Numbered from the stretch's first letter, positions 26,820 through 40,573 are shown. The stretch is DNA of 64,000 nucleotides from Mobula hypostoma (GCF_963921235.1 NC_086107.1:46934001-46998000), one strand, 5' to 3'. Notes: generated by a model not told the origin, from the sequence alone. Program-made: numbers and translations.

Positions 26820-27803
26820 TTTTTTAAACAATATTTTTATTGAATTTTACATACATTTCACATATACAAATAAACAATAATAATAAACTAAATACTGAAA
26901 CATATCATCATGTTTTTCACAATCATCAAAGGAAAAGAAATATAACATTTCACATATTTAACAAAGAAATAAAATAAAAACACATCAGGAAAAAAAACCG
27001 TAGAAGCACTCAAGAACACACAGCTATTTGAAAATGACTGCACCGGGACGTCCAAGAAACTACAATAAAGGTTTCCAAATATTTTCAAATTCTCCTACCC
27101 TTCCTCTGATTATGTAAGTCAATCTCTCCAATACAAGATGCCATCTCCTTCACCCATACATGTATCGAAGGTCTTTCCATTTTGTTCCAACATAAAGCCA
27201 TCATCCTGCTGGCCTGCAGGAGTCCAAAGTCAATTAAAATAGACTGTTTTGAACTAACAGTAAAGTTCTGCGGATATATACGTAGTACACACATTTTTGC
27301 TATGTGAGGCACCTTTACTCCAACAATCTCAGATATAGTGTGAACAACTGTTTTCCAGTTTTTAAAAAAATTTTGGACAGTTCCACACACAGTGAAACAG
27401 AGTACTCTTTCCTTCTAAACATTTAACACGTGTCCGGGATGTCGGGACCAACAGATCAGTTTGACCAGGATAATATAAGTTCTCATTAACCATTTGTATT
27501 GTAATAACTTCATTCTTGTGTTAATAGATTGTTTTTGGGCTTGTAAGCATGCCATTTCCCACTCAGTTTCTTGTATGTCCTCTTGAACATCCAGTCTCCA
27601 TGCCTCTAGCCTGTCAATGGTGGACTTCTTATGATATGACATCAAAGCTGTATAGAATAAAGAAATCTGACTCCTCCCCTTTATGTTTAGAATGAGATTT
27701 TCAAGATGTGATAGTGGTGGTTCAGATATTAAATGCTTATATTTTGATAGTATAAAATATTTCAGTTGCAAATATTTTAAAAGTGTTTTTTTAGGAATAT
27801 GGT
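26820..27803 (-). mobile_element. L1/Tx1-clade LINE 3' fragment
   Basis: ORFs 27415-27888 and 27085-27390 resemble L1 ORF2 C-terminus (KLLQYKWLMRTY, LCWNK); minus-strand aataaaaa...aaaaaa tail near 26820-26845. Confidence 0.65.
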
Positions 27804-30800
27804 ATAGAAACATAGAAACTAGGTGCAGGAGTAGGCCATTCGGCCCTTCGAGCCTGCACCGCCATTTATTATGATCATGGCTGATCATCCAACTCAGAAC
27901 CCCGCCCCAGCCTTCCCTCCATACCCCCTAACCCCCGTAGCCACAAGGGCCATATCTAACTCCCTCTTAAATATAGCCAATGAACTGGCCTCAACAGTTT
28001 CCTGTGGCAGAGAATTCCACAGATTCACCACTCTCTGTGTGAAGAAGTTTTTCCTAATCTCGGTCCTAAAAGGCTTCCCCTCTATCCTCAAACTGTGGCC
28101 CCTCGTTCTGGACTTCCCCGACATCGGGAACAATCTTCCTGCATCGAGCCTGTCCAATCCCTTTAGGATCTTATACATTTCAATCAGATCCCCCCTCAAT
28201 CTTCTAAATTCCAACGAGTACAAGCCCAGTTCATCCAGTCTTTCTTCATATGAAAGTCCTGCCATCCCAGGAATCAATCTGGTGAACCTTCTTTGTACTC
28301 CCTCTATGGCAAAGATGTCTTTCCTCAGATTAGGGGACCAAAACTGCACACAATACTCCAGATGTGGTCTCACCAAGGCCTTGTACAACTGCAGTAGTAC
28401 CTCCCTGCTCCTGTATTCAAATCCTCTCGCTATAAATGCCAGCATACCATTTGCCTTTTTCACCGCCTGCTGTACCTGCATGCCCACTTTCAATGACTGG
28501 TGTATAATGACACCCAGGTCTCATTGCACCTCCCCTTTTCCTAATCGGCCACCATTCAGATAATAATCTGTTTTCCTATTTTTGCCACCAAAGTGGATAG
28601 CTTCACATTTATCCACATTAAATTGCATCTGCCCTGAATTTGCCCACTCACCCAACCTATCCAAGTCACCCTGCATCCTCTTAGCATCCTCCTCACTGCT
28701 AACACTGCCACCCAGCTTCGTGTCATCCGCAAACTTGGAGATGCTGCATTTAATTCCCTCATCCAAGTCATTAATATATATTGTAAACAACTGGGGTCCC
28801 AGCACTGAGCCTTGCGGTACCCCACTAGTCACCGCCTGCCATTCTGAAAAGGTCCCGTTTATTCCCACTCTTTGCTTCCTGTCTGCTAACCAATTCTCCA
28901 CCCACACCAATACCTTACCCCCAATACCGTGTGCTTTAAGTTTGCACACTAATCTCCTGTGTGGGACCTTGTCAAAAGCCTTTTGAAAATCCAAATATAC
29001 CACATCCACTGGTTCTCCCCTATCCACTCTACTAGTTACATCCTCAAAAAATTCTATGAGATTCGTCAGACATGATTTTCCTTTCACAAATCCATGCTGA
29101 CTTTGTCCGATCATTTCACCGCTTTCCAAATGTGCTGTTATCACATCCTTGATAACTGACTCCAGCAGTTTCCCCACCACCGACGTTAGGCTAACCGGTC
29201 TATAATTCCCCGGTTTCTCTCTCCCTCCTTTTTTAAAAATTGGGGTTACATTAGCCACCCTCCAATCCTCAGGAACTAGTCCAGAATCTAACGAGTTTTG
29301 AAAAATTATCACTAATGCATCCACTATTTCTTGGGCTACTTCCTTAAGCACTCTAGGATGCAGACCATCTGGCCCTGGGGATTTATCTGCCTTCAATCCC
29401 CTCAATTTACCTAACACCACTTCCCTACTAACATGTATTTCGCTCAGATCCTCCATCTCACCGTCCCTCTGTCCCTTACTATTTCTGGAAGATTATTTAT
29501 GTCCTTAGTGAAGACAGAACCAAAGTAATTATTCAATTGGTCTGCCATGTCCTTGCTCCCCATAATCAATTCACCTGTTTCTGTCTGCAGGGGACCTACA
29601 TTTGTCTTTACCAGTCTTTTCCTTTTTACACATCTATAAAAGCTTTTACAGTCCGTTTTTATGTTCTCTGCCAGTTTTCTCTCATAATCTTTTTTCCCCT
29701 TCCTAATTAAGCCCTTTGTCCTCCTCTGCTGAACTCTGAATTTCTTCCAGTCTTCAGGTGAGCCACTTTCTCTGGCTAACTTGTATGCTTCTTCTTTGGA
29801 ATTGATACTATCCCTAATTTCTCTTGTCAGCCACCGGTGCACTACCTTCCTTGATTTATTCTTTTGCCAAACTGGGATGAACAATTGTTGTAGTTCATCC
29901 ATGCAACCTTTAAATGCTTGCCATTGCATATCCACCGTCAATCCTTTAAGTGCCATTTGCCAGTCTATCTTAGCCAATTCACGTCTCATACCTTCAAAGT
30001 TACCCCTCTTTAAGTTCAGAACCTTTGTTTCTGAATTAACTATGTCACTCTCCATCTTAATGAAGAATTCCACCGTATTATGGTCACTCTTACCCAAGGG
30101 GCCTCTCACAACAAGATCGCTAATCAACCCTTCCTCATTGCTCAAAACCCAGTCCAGAATAGCCTGTTCTCTAGTTGGTTCATAGAAACATAGAAAATAG
30201 GTGCAGGAGTAGGCCATTCGGCCCTTCGAGCCTGCACCGCCATTTATTATGATCATGGCTGATCATCCAACTCAGAACCCAGCCTTCCCTCCATACCCCC
30301 TGACCCCTGTAGCCACAAGGGCCATATCTAACTCCCTCTTAAACATAGCCAATGAACTGGCCTCAACAGTTTGCTGTGGCAGAGAATTCCACAGATTCAC
30401 CACCCTCTGTGTGAAGAAGTTTTTCCTAATCTCGGTCCTAAAAGGCTTCCCCTCTATCCTCAAACTGTGACCCCTCGTTCTGGACCTCCCCAACATCGGG
30501 AACAATCTTCCCGTATCTAGCCTGTCCAATCCCTTTAGGATCTTATACGTTTCAATCAGATCCCCCCTCAATCTTCTAAATTCCAATGAGTACAAGCCCA
30601 GTTCATCCAGTCTTTCTTCATATGAAAGACCTGCCATCCCAGGAATCAATCTGGTGAGCCTTCTTTGTACTCCCTCTATGGCAAAGATGTCTTTCCTCAG
30701 ATTAGGGGACCAAAACTGCACACAATACTCCAGGTGTGGTCTCACCAAGTCCTTGTACAACTGCAGTAGTACCTCCCTGCTCCTGTACTCGAATCCTCTC

Positions 30801-31625
30801 GCTATAAATGCCAGCATACCGTTCGCCTTTTTCACCGCCTGCTGTACCTGCATGCCCACTTTCAATGACTGGTGTATAATGACACTCAGGTCCCGTTGCA
30901 CCTCCCCTTTTCCTAATCGGCCACCATTCAGATAATAATCTGTTTTCCTATTTTTGCCACCAAAGTGGATAACTTCACATTTATCCACATTAAATTGCAT
31001 CTGCCATGAGTTTGCCCACTCACCTAACCTTTCCAAGTCACCCTGCATCCTCTAGTCACCCTGCATCCTCTAGTCACCCTGCATTCCTCGACATGTTGGT
31101 TCAAAAAACCATCCCGCATACATTCCAAGAAATCCTCTTCCTCAGCACCTTTACCAATTTGGTTCACCCAGTCTACATGTAGATTGAAGTCACCCATTAT
31201 AACTGCTGTTCCTTTATTGCACACATTTCTAATTTCCTGTTTAATACCATCTCCCACCTCACTACTACTGTTAGGTGGCCTGTACACAACTCCCACCAGC
31301 GTCTTCTGCCCCTTAGTGTTACGCAGCTCTACCCATATCGATTCCACATCTTCCCGGCTTATGTCCTTCCTTTCTATTGCGTTAATCTCTTCTTTAACCA
31401 GCAACGCCACCCCACCTCCCCTTCCTTCATGTCTATCCCTCCTGAATATTGAATATCCCTGAACGTTGAGCTCCCATCCCTGGTCACCCTGGAGCCATGT
31501 CTCTGTGATCCCAACTATATCATAATCATTAATAACAATCTGCACTTTCAATTCATCCACCTTATTACGAATGCTCCTTGCATTGACACATAAAGCCTTC
31601 AGGCGCTCTTTTACAACTCTCTTAG
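27804..31625 (-). mobile_element. CR1 LINE with nearly complete ORF2 (endonuclease plus RT), frameshifted and interrupted by a nested CR1
   Basis: 31024-31644 APE (NARSIRNK, GITETWL, MGDFN); 29444-30256 linker; 28521-29456 RT; 27894-28493 C-terminus; (tttctatg)n tail. Confidence 0.92.
30182..31083 (-). mobile_element. Second 5'-truncated CR1 of the same family, nested in the first
   Basis: Has its own tttctatg tail at 30182; splits host codons NQHVEE|PTREQAILD; ORF 30272-31048 duplicates the host C-terminus. Confidence 0.88.
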
Positions 31626-33364
31626 CCCTTAATAATTTCAACAATTATGTTGAAAAGTTGCCCTTTTTAATGCTTGCCCATGTATGTCTGACACAATTGA
31701 ACAAATGTAATAAGATTACCATTCATATAAAGGTCCTCTATGATCAGTATGAATGGTAATGATATAATTTATGTGTTCTCAAGATCTTGTATCAGCTTGA
31801 TTTGTATCACAGTTGTATTCAGATTTTGTATCAGCTTAATTTTCACTATTTGATGTTAAGCTGAAACAAATTGAAGTTACCTGTTCTTTTAAACCAAAAC
31901 CAAACTTGATGCATTAACAGTTCACATAAATGTTAATATAACCTCTGGTGAAGCATTTGTTGACGACTTTGTGAAGGAGCACTGTATTGTATCACATTAA
32001 ATTTACATTTTTATAATGAACATTAATTATAAATTATTTGTACAGCCTTTTATTTTTAAATGATTTGTCAAATATAATCCATTGTCCATGTTAATTGTGT
32101 TTCTCTATTATTCTATCTGCAGTATTTTCAACTCAATACCAAAAGTTTAGGGAAAAACAATTCTTTTATTTGGTTATTGGGTTAAGTGTTTAGTTATTAG
32201 CTAAGAAAATTCCTCCTATTTGTAACACCTATAGGTTGGATTCTAACTATTCCAGCAGGCAGGGGATTTCCATTTCTTAGGCTCAAGATTCATTAGTGGG
32301 TTTCTGGGAATGAAGAGAACTGAGGGGAAAATAGGACTGAGCAAAAATGTTAATGTGACCATTTCAACTGTAGACTTGGTGAACTTGAAGACCTACCTGT
32401 GCCCCTGTTTTGTTATAAATCACAAATACAGAAATGCAAATAACTTGGCATTAATCATTGTTTTCCACATAGTCATTCTTGCTTCCCTCTCCCAGCAGGC
32501 AGAAGATACACCAGTCTAAAAACAAGGACAGTTTCTATCCTGTTGTTATCAGACTCTTGTATGATAAGATGTACTCTTGACTTCACAATCTATCTCATAT
32601 GAACTTGCACTTAATAACTATTGCTTGTCTGCTCTGGAATTTCTCTGCACCTTTTATTGCTTGAACCAGTCTGGTATTATTACCGTCTCAGCTGGACAGG
32701 CTGTTTCCAACAGTGGGAGAGTCTAGGACCAGAGGGCACAGCCTCAGAATAGAAGATCGTCCCTACGAGGAGGAATTTCTTTAGTTAGAGGATGGTGAAG
32801 GAATGAAGGAAGAAAAAACAAGCTAGGAAAGATCTCGACCTGGTACGTGCTTGTTTTAGATTAAAACAATACCTGGGAAGTGTGGAATTCATTACCACAG
32901 ACAGCTGTTGAGGCCAAGTCTTTGGAATAATTAAAACAGAGATGATTTTGATTCATAAGGGCGTCAAAGGTTATGGAGAAAAGGCAGGAGAATGGGTCAA
33001 GAGGATAATAAATCAAACAATGGAATACCAGAGCAGACTCAATAGACCAGATGACCTAATTCTGTTCCTATGGCTTATGGTCTTAATTCTGCATTGTTAC
33101 TGTTTTGCCATGTTCTACCTCAATGAACTGTGAAATTACATGATCTGTATGAACTGTATGCAAAACAAGCTTTTCACTATATACTGATGCATTTATAAAC
33201 TGAAATTAATAGTTTGGGAGAAAAAATACCATCCATCTCTTTTCTCAAGAACGTGGCTAAATATCTACCACCAAAGAAATTTAACATCTTTTATAAAGCA
33301 TTGTTAAATCAAAACCCAGCTTGAATCATGGAAAAAAAGACCCTTTATTTAGACAAATAGATAG

Positions 33365-35853
33365 GGCTAACTAAAACAACAGGAATTCTGCAGATGCTGG
33401 AAATTCAAGCAACATACATCAAAGTTGCTGGTGAATGCAGCAGGCCAGGCAGCATCTGTAGGAAGAGGTGCAGTCGACGTTTCAGGCCGAGACCCTTCGT
33501 CAGGACTAACTGAAAGAAGAGTGAGTAAGGGATTTGAAAGTGGGAGGGGGAGGGGGAGATCCAAAATGATAGGAGAAGACAGGAGGGAGAGGGATGGAGC
33601 CAAGAGCTGGACAGGTGATTGGCAAAAGGGGATACCAGAGGATCATGGGACAGGAGGTCCGGGAAGAAAGACAAGCGGGGGGGGACCCAGAGGATGGACA
33701 AGAGGTATATTCAGAGGGACAGAGGGAGAAAAAGGAGAGTGAGAGAAAGAATGTGTGCATAAAATGAGTAACAGATGGGGTACGAGGGGGAGGTGGGGCC
33801 TTAGCGGAAGTTAGAGAAGTCGATGTTCATGCTATCAGGTTGGAGGCTACCCAGACGGAATATAAGGTGTTGTTCCTCCAACCTGAGTGTGGCTTCATGT
33901 TTACAGTAGAGGAGGCCGTGGATAGACATGTCAGAATGGGAATGGGATGTGGAATTAAAATGTGTGGCCACTGGGAGATCCTGCTTTCTCTGGCGGACAG
34001 AGCGTAGATGTTCAGCAAAGCGGTCTCCCAGTCTGCGTCAGGTTTCGCCAATATATAAAAGGCCACATCGGGAGCACCGGACGCAGTATATCACCCCAGT
34101 CGACTCACAGGTGAAGTGTTGCCTCACCTGGAAGGACTGTTTGGGGCCCTGAATGGTGGTAAGGGAGGAAGTGTAAGGGCATGTGTAGCACTTGTTCCGC
34201 TTACACGGATAAGTGCCAGGAGGGAGATCAGTGGGGAGGGATGGAGGGGACGAATGGACAAGGGAGTTGTGTAGGGAGCGATCCCTGTGGAATGCGGGGG
34301 GGTGGGAGGGATAGATGTGTTTAGTGGTGGGATCCCGTTGGAGGTGGCGGAAGTTACGGAGAATAATATGTTGGACCCAGAGGCTGGTGGGGTGGTAGGT
34401 GAGGACTAGGGGAACCCTATTCCTAGTGGGGTGGCGGGAGGATGGAGTGAGAGCAGATGTACGTGAAATGGGGGAGATGCGTTTAAGAGCAGAGTTGATA
34501 GTGGAGGAAGGGAAGCCCCTTTCTTTAAAAAAGGAAGACATCTCCCTCGTCCTAGAATGAAAAGCCTCATCCTGAGCGCAGATGCGGCGGAGACGGAGGA
34601 ATTGCGAGAAGGGGATGGTGTTTTTGCAAGAGACAGGGTGAGAAGAGGAATAGTCCAGATCGCTGTGAGAGTCAGTAGGCTTATAGTAGACATCAGTGGA
34701 TAAGCTGTCTCCAGAGACAGAGACAGAGACAGAAAGATCTAGAAAGGGGAGGGAGGTGTCTGAAATGGACCAGGTAAACTTGAGGGCAGGGTGAAAGTTG
34801 GAGGCAAAGTTAATAAAGTCAACGAGTTCTGCATGCGTGCAGGAAGCAGCGCCAATGCAGTCGTCGATGTAGCGAAGGAAAAGTGGGGGACAGATACCAG
34901 AATAGGCACGGAAGATAGATTGTTCCACAAACCCAACAAAAAGGCAGGCATAGCTAGGACCCATACGGGTGCCCATAGCTACACCTTTAGTTTGGAGGAA
35001 ATGGGAGGAGCCAAAGGAGAAATTATTAAGAGTAAGGACTAATTCCGCTAGACGGAGCAGAGTGGTGGTAGAGGGGAACTGATTAGGTCTGGAATCCAAA
35101 AAGAAGCGTAGAGCTTTGAGACCTTCCTGATGGGGGATGGAAGTATATAAGGACAGGACATCCATGGTGAAAATAAAGCGGTGGGGGCCAGGGAACTTAA
35201 AATCATCGAAAAGTTTAAGAGCGTGAGAAGTGTCACGAACATAGGTCGGAAGGGATTGAACAAGGGGTGATAAAACAGTGTCGAGGTATGCAGAAATGAG
35301 TTCGGTGGGGCAGGAGCAAGCTGAGACAATAGGTCGGCCAGGACAGGCAGGTTTGTGGATCTTGGGTAGGAGGTAGAAACGGGAAGTGCGGGGTGTGGGA
35401 ACTATAAGGTTGGTAGCAGTGGATGGGATATCCCCTGAGCGGATAAAGTCGGTGATGGCGTGGGAGACAATGGCCTGGTGCTCCTTAGTGGGGTCACGAT
35501 CGAGGGGTAAATAAGAGGAGGTATCCGCGAGTTGTCGCTGTGCCTCGACAAGGTAGAGGTCAGTACGCCAGACTACATTAGCACCCCCCTTTATCGGCAA
35601 CGAGCTCAGCATGCGTGCAGGAAGCAGCGCCAATGTAGTCGTCGATGTAGCGAAGGAAAAGCGGGGAACGGATTAGGTTTGGAACATGGATTGTTCCACA
35701 AAGCCAACAAAAAGGCAGGCATAGCTAGGACCCATACGGGTGCCCATAGTTACACCTTTAGTTTGGAGGAAGTGGGAGGAGCCAAAGTAGAAATTATTAA
35801 GAGTAAGGACTAATTCTGCTAGACAGAGGAGAGTGGTGGTAGAGGGGAACTGG
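33365..35853 (-). mobile_element. Young 5'-truncated Penelope-like element (RT plus GIY-YIG) with 3' pseudo-LTR; a second internal fragment lies at about 35597-35853
   Basis: ORF 34038-35633 has FYLLPKIHK, GVAMG, LRYIDD and CSRCGLLYIGET. The frame continues past a single TGA to TAA at 33801. Confidence 0.9.
33472..33507 (-). ncRNA. Minimal type I hammerhead ribozyme motif in the Penelope pseudo-LTR
   Basis: AGUC-CUGACGA-A-GGG(UCUCGG)CCU-GAAA-CGUC-GACU: conserved core, helix I AGUC/GACU, short helix II, GUC triplet. Confidence 0.65.
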
Positions 35854-38800
35854 TTTGTTTTTTTAAGAGTTTCCCAAAATAAGCCGTTGCCCTGATGAAT
35901 GGATAGTCCAATTAACCAGAATCTATGACACAGCTAGAATTTAGCTTCCTTTGCTGAATATCAAAATGTATTTAAGTTCCACGCTGCAAAACGAGTGGGT
36001 ATTTATTCTGTAATGACAGTACTTAGACTGTAGAGGTCAGATTTTGAGACTCAGCACATTGGTTTGCAAAGCAATTTGGGTTGGCACTCAACAGACAATA
36101 ACGTAATCTGATTAAGGAAAATTCTGTGTGCGGTGGACCATAAATCATAATTTGCTAATCTTGCATTGAATGAAGAAAACAATGAGAGTGAATTGTTACA
36201 GTAAAGAATATGTAACATCTTCAGAACTAACTAACGTAAGGGTAAAATAAGAATTTCACAGGTAACCTAATTTGAAACATTGTATTGACTGTTTAATAAT
36301 TTGGAAGCTGGATATCTTTTCTTAGAAATTAAATATTTAAAAAATATTAAACCTTGCCTGTAAATTTGAAATGCGGATTAATAATCGTGCTGCTAAATTA
36401 AACAATACTGTTGACATGATTAGCTGCAAGAAAGACAAGATTTCATCTATGGGATATTCCAGAAACTTCTGTCGCCTATTCTGTTTTCAATATAGAGAGT
36501 TTTTTATTCTTCAATCCCTTTCATGTTTGAAATACAGATTAAAATCTCTAAAACATTTTTATTACCATCATTATCTGGAATGTTGTAAATTGTTTGTTTC
36601 AGCTATTAAAGATCTTTTGGATGACCTTTCAACAGTATTCCATGCAAAAGATGTGGAATATAAAATTTAATTTCTACAAACTATTATTGTTAACAACAAT
36701 GCAATTAAAGTGCGTTATTTGTACACAGTACATTTTCATGGATCTTAATTTAGCACCATTAGCTCATGCAATGTCAACACATTCTTCTATGATACTCTCT
36801 TTGTAGAATTTTCAATTCTGACTCTGTTCCCTTACAGAAACTATAATTCATGGTTCATTAAAGGTAAATATGCTGGCAATATTTAACTTACTACTTAGCT
36901 ATTGATTCAGAAGATTGGGAAAAACAACAAATGTATAAACTTTTAAACCTGAAAATCTCTTTGTATAATGCATTAAGAAGTGTGTACAATAAATAGCTTG
37001 CAATCCTTTTGTGGATTTTTTTTTACATGGGAGCACTTATGCTGCAGGTGCAGATCAGACCAACTGGTTCTCAATATTTACCGTCTTTGTGAATCAAGAA
37101 AACATTGTTTTATTTTAATCTTTAAAACAAGCACCATTTTGAGAACTCTGGTAATTTCACCCCAGTGCTCCAATTTTATGCTTTTAATTATCATGGACTA
37201 CCTGATTCAGGAATCAATAATACTCCAAATTTTCCTTATATGGTTGCAATGTCTAGTGTTTGTAGGTCCTGAATAAAGCTATTGAATGTAAGTTAAAGAG
37301 GAAATTTTTCATGGGAATCTGGATAGGATATTATTAAAAATACATAGCGATTCTGTTTTTTGTTTGCAGATTCTCATTACTTTAATAAGAAACAGTAGGA
37401 ATTAAAACACAATTACCCTTATTACAGAGAAAATGGGTCTTTCTAAATGAACCTCTGTTTAAACCGTTCTTTCCATTTCAAACTAAATCCTCAAGAACAT
37501 TGATTTGAAACTGATCCTCTCAGAATCCACCCTTTGTCCCTGAAAAGTTCAAGTGAAATATAAAAGATTAAAGTATTTAATGTTTATATAAATCTTGAAA
37601 TGTATTTTTAGTCATCACATTCCAGTGCACTTTCCTGGGTGGCCACTTTATTATTGGCAATTCTGAGTATCAAAATTATTACAGAATTAACATGATTTAA
37701 TTTCAATCATTCAAGTATATTTTCAATATCTACAAATTATTGCTTCACTCTCCAATTTTCTGGAATTGTTTATAAATACTTGTAAGTAGGGCATGGTAGG
37801 AAACATCAGTTCAACAATAATGAAATAAATATACAGTAAGTCCTCAATATACAAATTTTCCCTATAGTGTCATAGATATTCTTAGGTACTTAAAGCTAAA
37901 TTTGTATGTTAAAAATGTCGTGTCGTCCTCTGCATGTGCTCTTCAAAAATGCCATCAGGTGTTTTATTAGCCTTTCTTCAGTTATAAAATTTTACTTATG
38001 TTTTCCACAATTGGTGAATACACGTGATTTAGACAGTGCCATTTCATAGGATTAAAAAGCAAATGCATGCAGTGTAACAGTGTGCAATTGCAATATTGGA
38101 TTGGTTTATTGATCTACTGATATTATTAACACAAGGCTATATTGTTTGTTGAACCCTTTCCTCGATCTTTCTCTCAATAAGGCTACATTTTAACTACTGG
38201 AGCAAAGTTAATCTAAGGATAAATGGGAAAATGTTAAACCTATTCACCTGCACTCCGACACCACTACCCCGACATTCAACACCGAACTAGGCAAATGTGC
38301 GTATGTTCAGAGGCCTAGCTCCAGATCATGGCTGATTGTTCACTGAAGCACACCTGAGAATGTGTCTTACATCAAACATCTACACAAGTCCAATACCAAT
38401 ATGCCTCACTCTACTAAATTGCCTCCTGTTCCTGACCATAATAATTTACATCAAAACCATGGAAAATATGGACCACTTCTTATATGGACTGTTTCAGCTT
38501 CCAGCTCTGTCCAAAGGATTACATTCAGCATGAATTTTACTAAAACCTGTGCATGACACCTTCAGCATTTGGTTGTCTGAAGTGATGTGGTTCATGGTTT
38601 ACTAGGCAGCAATGATCCCACCCTCCAGGATGATTCCAAGATGTAATCACCTACAGCAGGAGGACACAAACAACAATATCTAGTCCACCAGTAAAAAAAA
38701 ACAGATTAATGCCAATATTTTCTCTCAGCATTGAGGACTGAACTGCACTCATTCAGCTCGAATGGACAAGCCACATCATTCATATGCTCAACATTAGAAC

Positions 38801-40403
38801 CAGACACACTACTCCAACCTTGCAAAAGCAATAAATTGCTGGGTGGACAGAGGAAGTGATTCAAAGATGTTAGTGACACTTCTGCTTGGGAACTATTGTC
38901 TTGAAATGGAGAACAGTATTTTTTTGAACTTTGCGCCCAGCTGATAGGTATACAATATAAAAGACAGAAGGGATGTACCATGTATTCAACTATTCAGCTT
39001 CTTGCCTTATCTAGTACCGAGGAATGCCAAAATAAGCTTCATTAGCTACCACAGAACCCAGGGAACTTGACATGAAGCAGGTCATCCTTAATCCTGTAGC
39101 ACTACCAAAGCGAAGGACATGGCTAAGTTTGTTAAATTACTAATGCTTGATGAAGAATCCTAACATTTCAATGGGGGGGGGGTCTATCAATTATTGCTGA
39201 ATCAATTATTACATATTCTTGCTCAAGCCAATAGTCTGAAATGTACTTTATGCACTTGTAATACATTAGTTGCAAACATACTTATAGAATTGAAAGCTGG
39301 TTAATTCTGTGTAGGAGTGAGCATATTTCCGGTTGCAAGTGGTGAATTGAGAGTATTTGCATTTTGAAAGCTGAGTGTCAGAAAATTCCTGTGATTGTCT
39401 TGTGGTAGTGTTAAAAGCCAGCTAGCTGGTGCAGTGAAATGTGCAGAGTCTTCCTTTATTGTTGAGAGGGCCAGTGGTTTGTCAATCAAAATTCAAATGC
39501 GAGGTCAAACCTTAAAGGGCATTTAGTGTGTAAGTTCCCTTTAAGCTCCACAAGAGCTTTGAAATAGAACGGTTAGTTCAAGCTCAACCATCCCCAATTT
39601 TTGCATTATCCCCAATTTGCATTACCTTTGTATCTATGCAGATTACAGTTACCAGTGGTTAATTGGGTTAACGTAATGGGACATAAAGTTGGTCATCCAA
39701 CATTGGCAGTATTAATAAAGTGTTGGGAGCACTGCATTCATAATATCTTCAGTTTTGGGTGGATGGGAAATGAATGGGCACCAAATCTTGGGTTGTTTAA
39801 TGTGGATTATGGACATAGTTTACCTCATTCCATGGTTTTTCCCTTTGTGTGTGGTTAATTTACGTCTTTAAGAAAAGATCAAGCTGAAGAATGATTGCTT
39901 ACCAGTGGCACATGTAATTCAGCAATATGCAAGGCAGATATTATGGCTTCTTACATATCTATATAGATGGCTCAAATGATCCAGTAACAGGTCGTTCAGA
40001 CATTTCTGTTATGTTCCAAAGACTCCGCTGACTATTAAGAAGACTATCATAGTATATGTATCACTATTCACATCTGAGATGATTGTTATTATTTTAGCTT
40101 GGAAATGAGTAGAAGGAGTACACCCTGCTTCTGTACTCCTGTGCTCTGATTTGTTCTCAGTTTTGACATTTATTAAAACAGATATTTCAGATTATAGGCC
40201 GGACATTCCTATTGAGATTGGACAACATCTGTTACGGCAGCAGGGTCTATGTTTGTGTAATCAGTTCTTATGGGGCCCTACCCATGTTGAAGTTGAAGGA
40301 GATGGGGTGACAGACATTCTAGTCAAGCAATCACTTAAAACTAAGGACATAAATATAGTGGTGCCTTTGTATAAAAGAGAGGTGAAAACCATGACTTAAA
40401 AAG

Positions 40404-40573
40404 TGCTGCAGGAACTCAGTAGGCCAGGCAGCATCTATGGAAAAGAGTACAGTCAACTTTTCAGGCCAAGACCCTTCATCAGGACACCTGAGTCCTGAAG
40501 AAGGGTCTTGGCCTGAAATGTTGACTGTACTCTTTTCCATAGATGCTGCCTGGCCTACTGAGTTCCTGCAGCA
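40404..40573. repeat. 82-bp inverted repeat (2 mismatches, 6-nt spacer) made of two Penelope pseudo-LTR/hammerhead units
   Basis: Arm 40404-40485 versus the reverse complement of 40492-40573, compared by hand. Confidence 0.85.

Noticed and set aside
27871-30935. + strand ORFs of 92-230 aa over the CR1 cluster
   Set aside because: Antisense shadows of CR1 ORF2.
31036-31090. CRISPR-like or coding repeat (CRVTRG x3)
   Set aside because: No spacers and a eukaryotic context; explained as a retrotransposon junction duplication.
38140-39200. Unique-looking sequence with short ORFs (38336-38556, 38706-38981)
   Set aside because: No motif, no convincing exon structure; possibly an ancient repeat.
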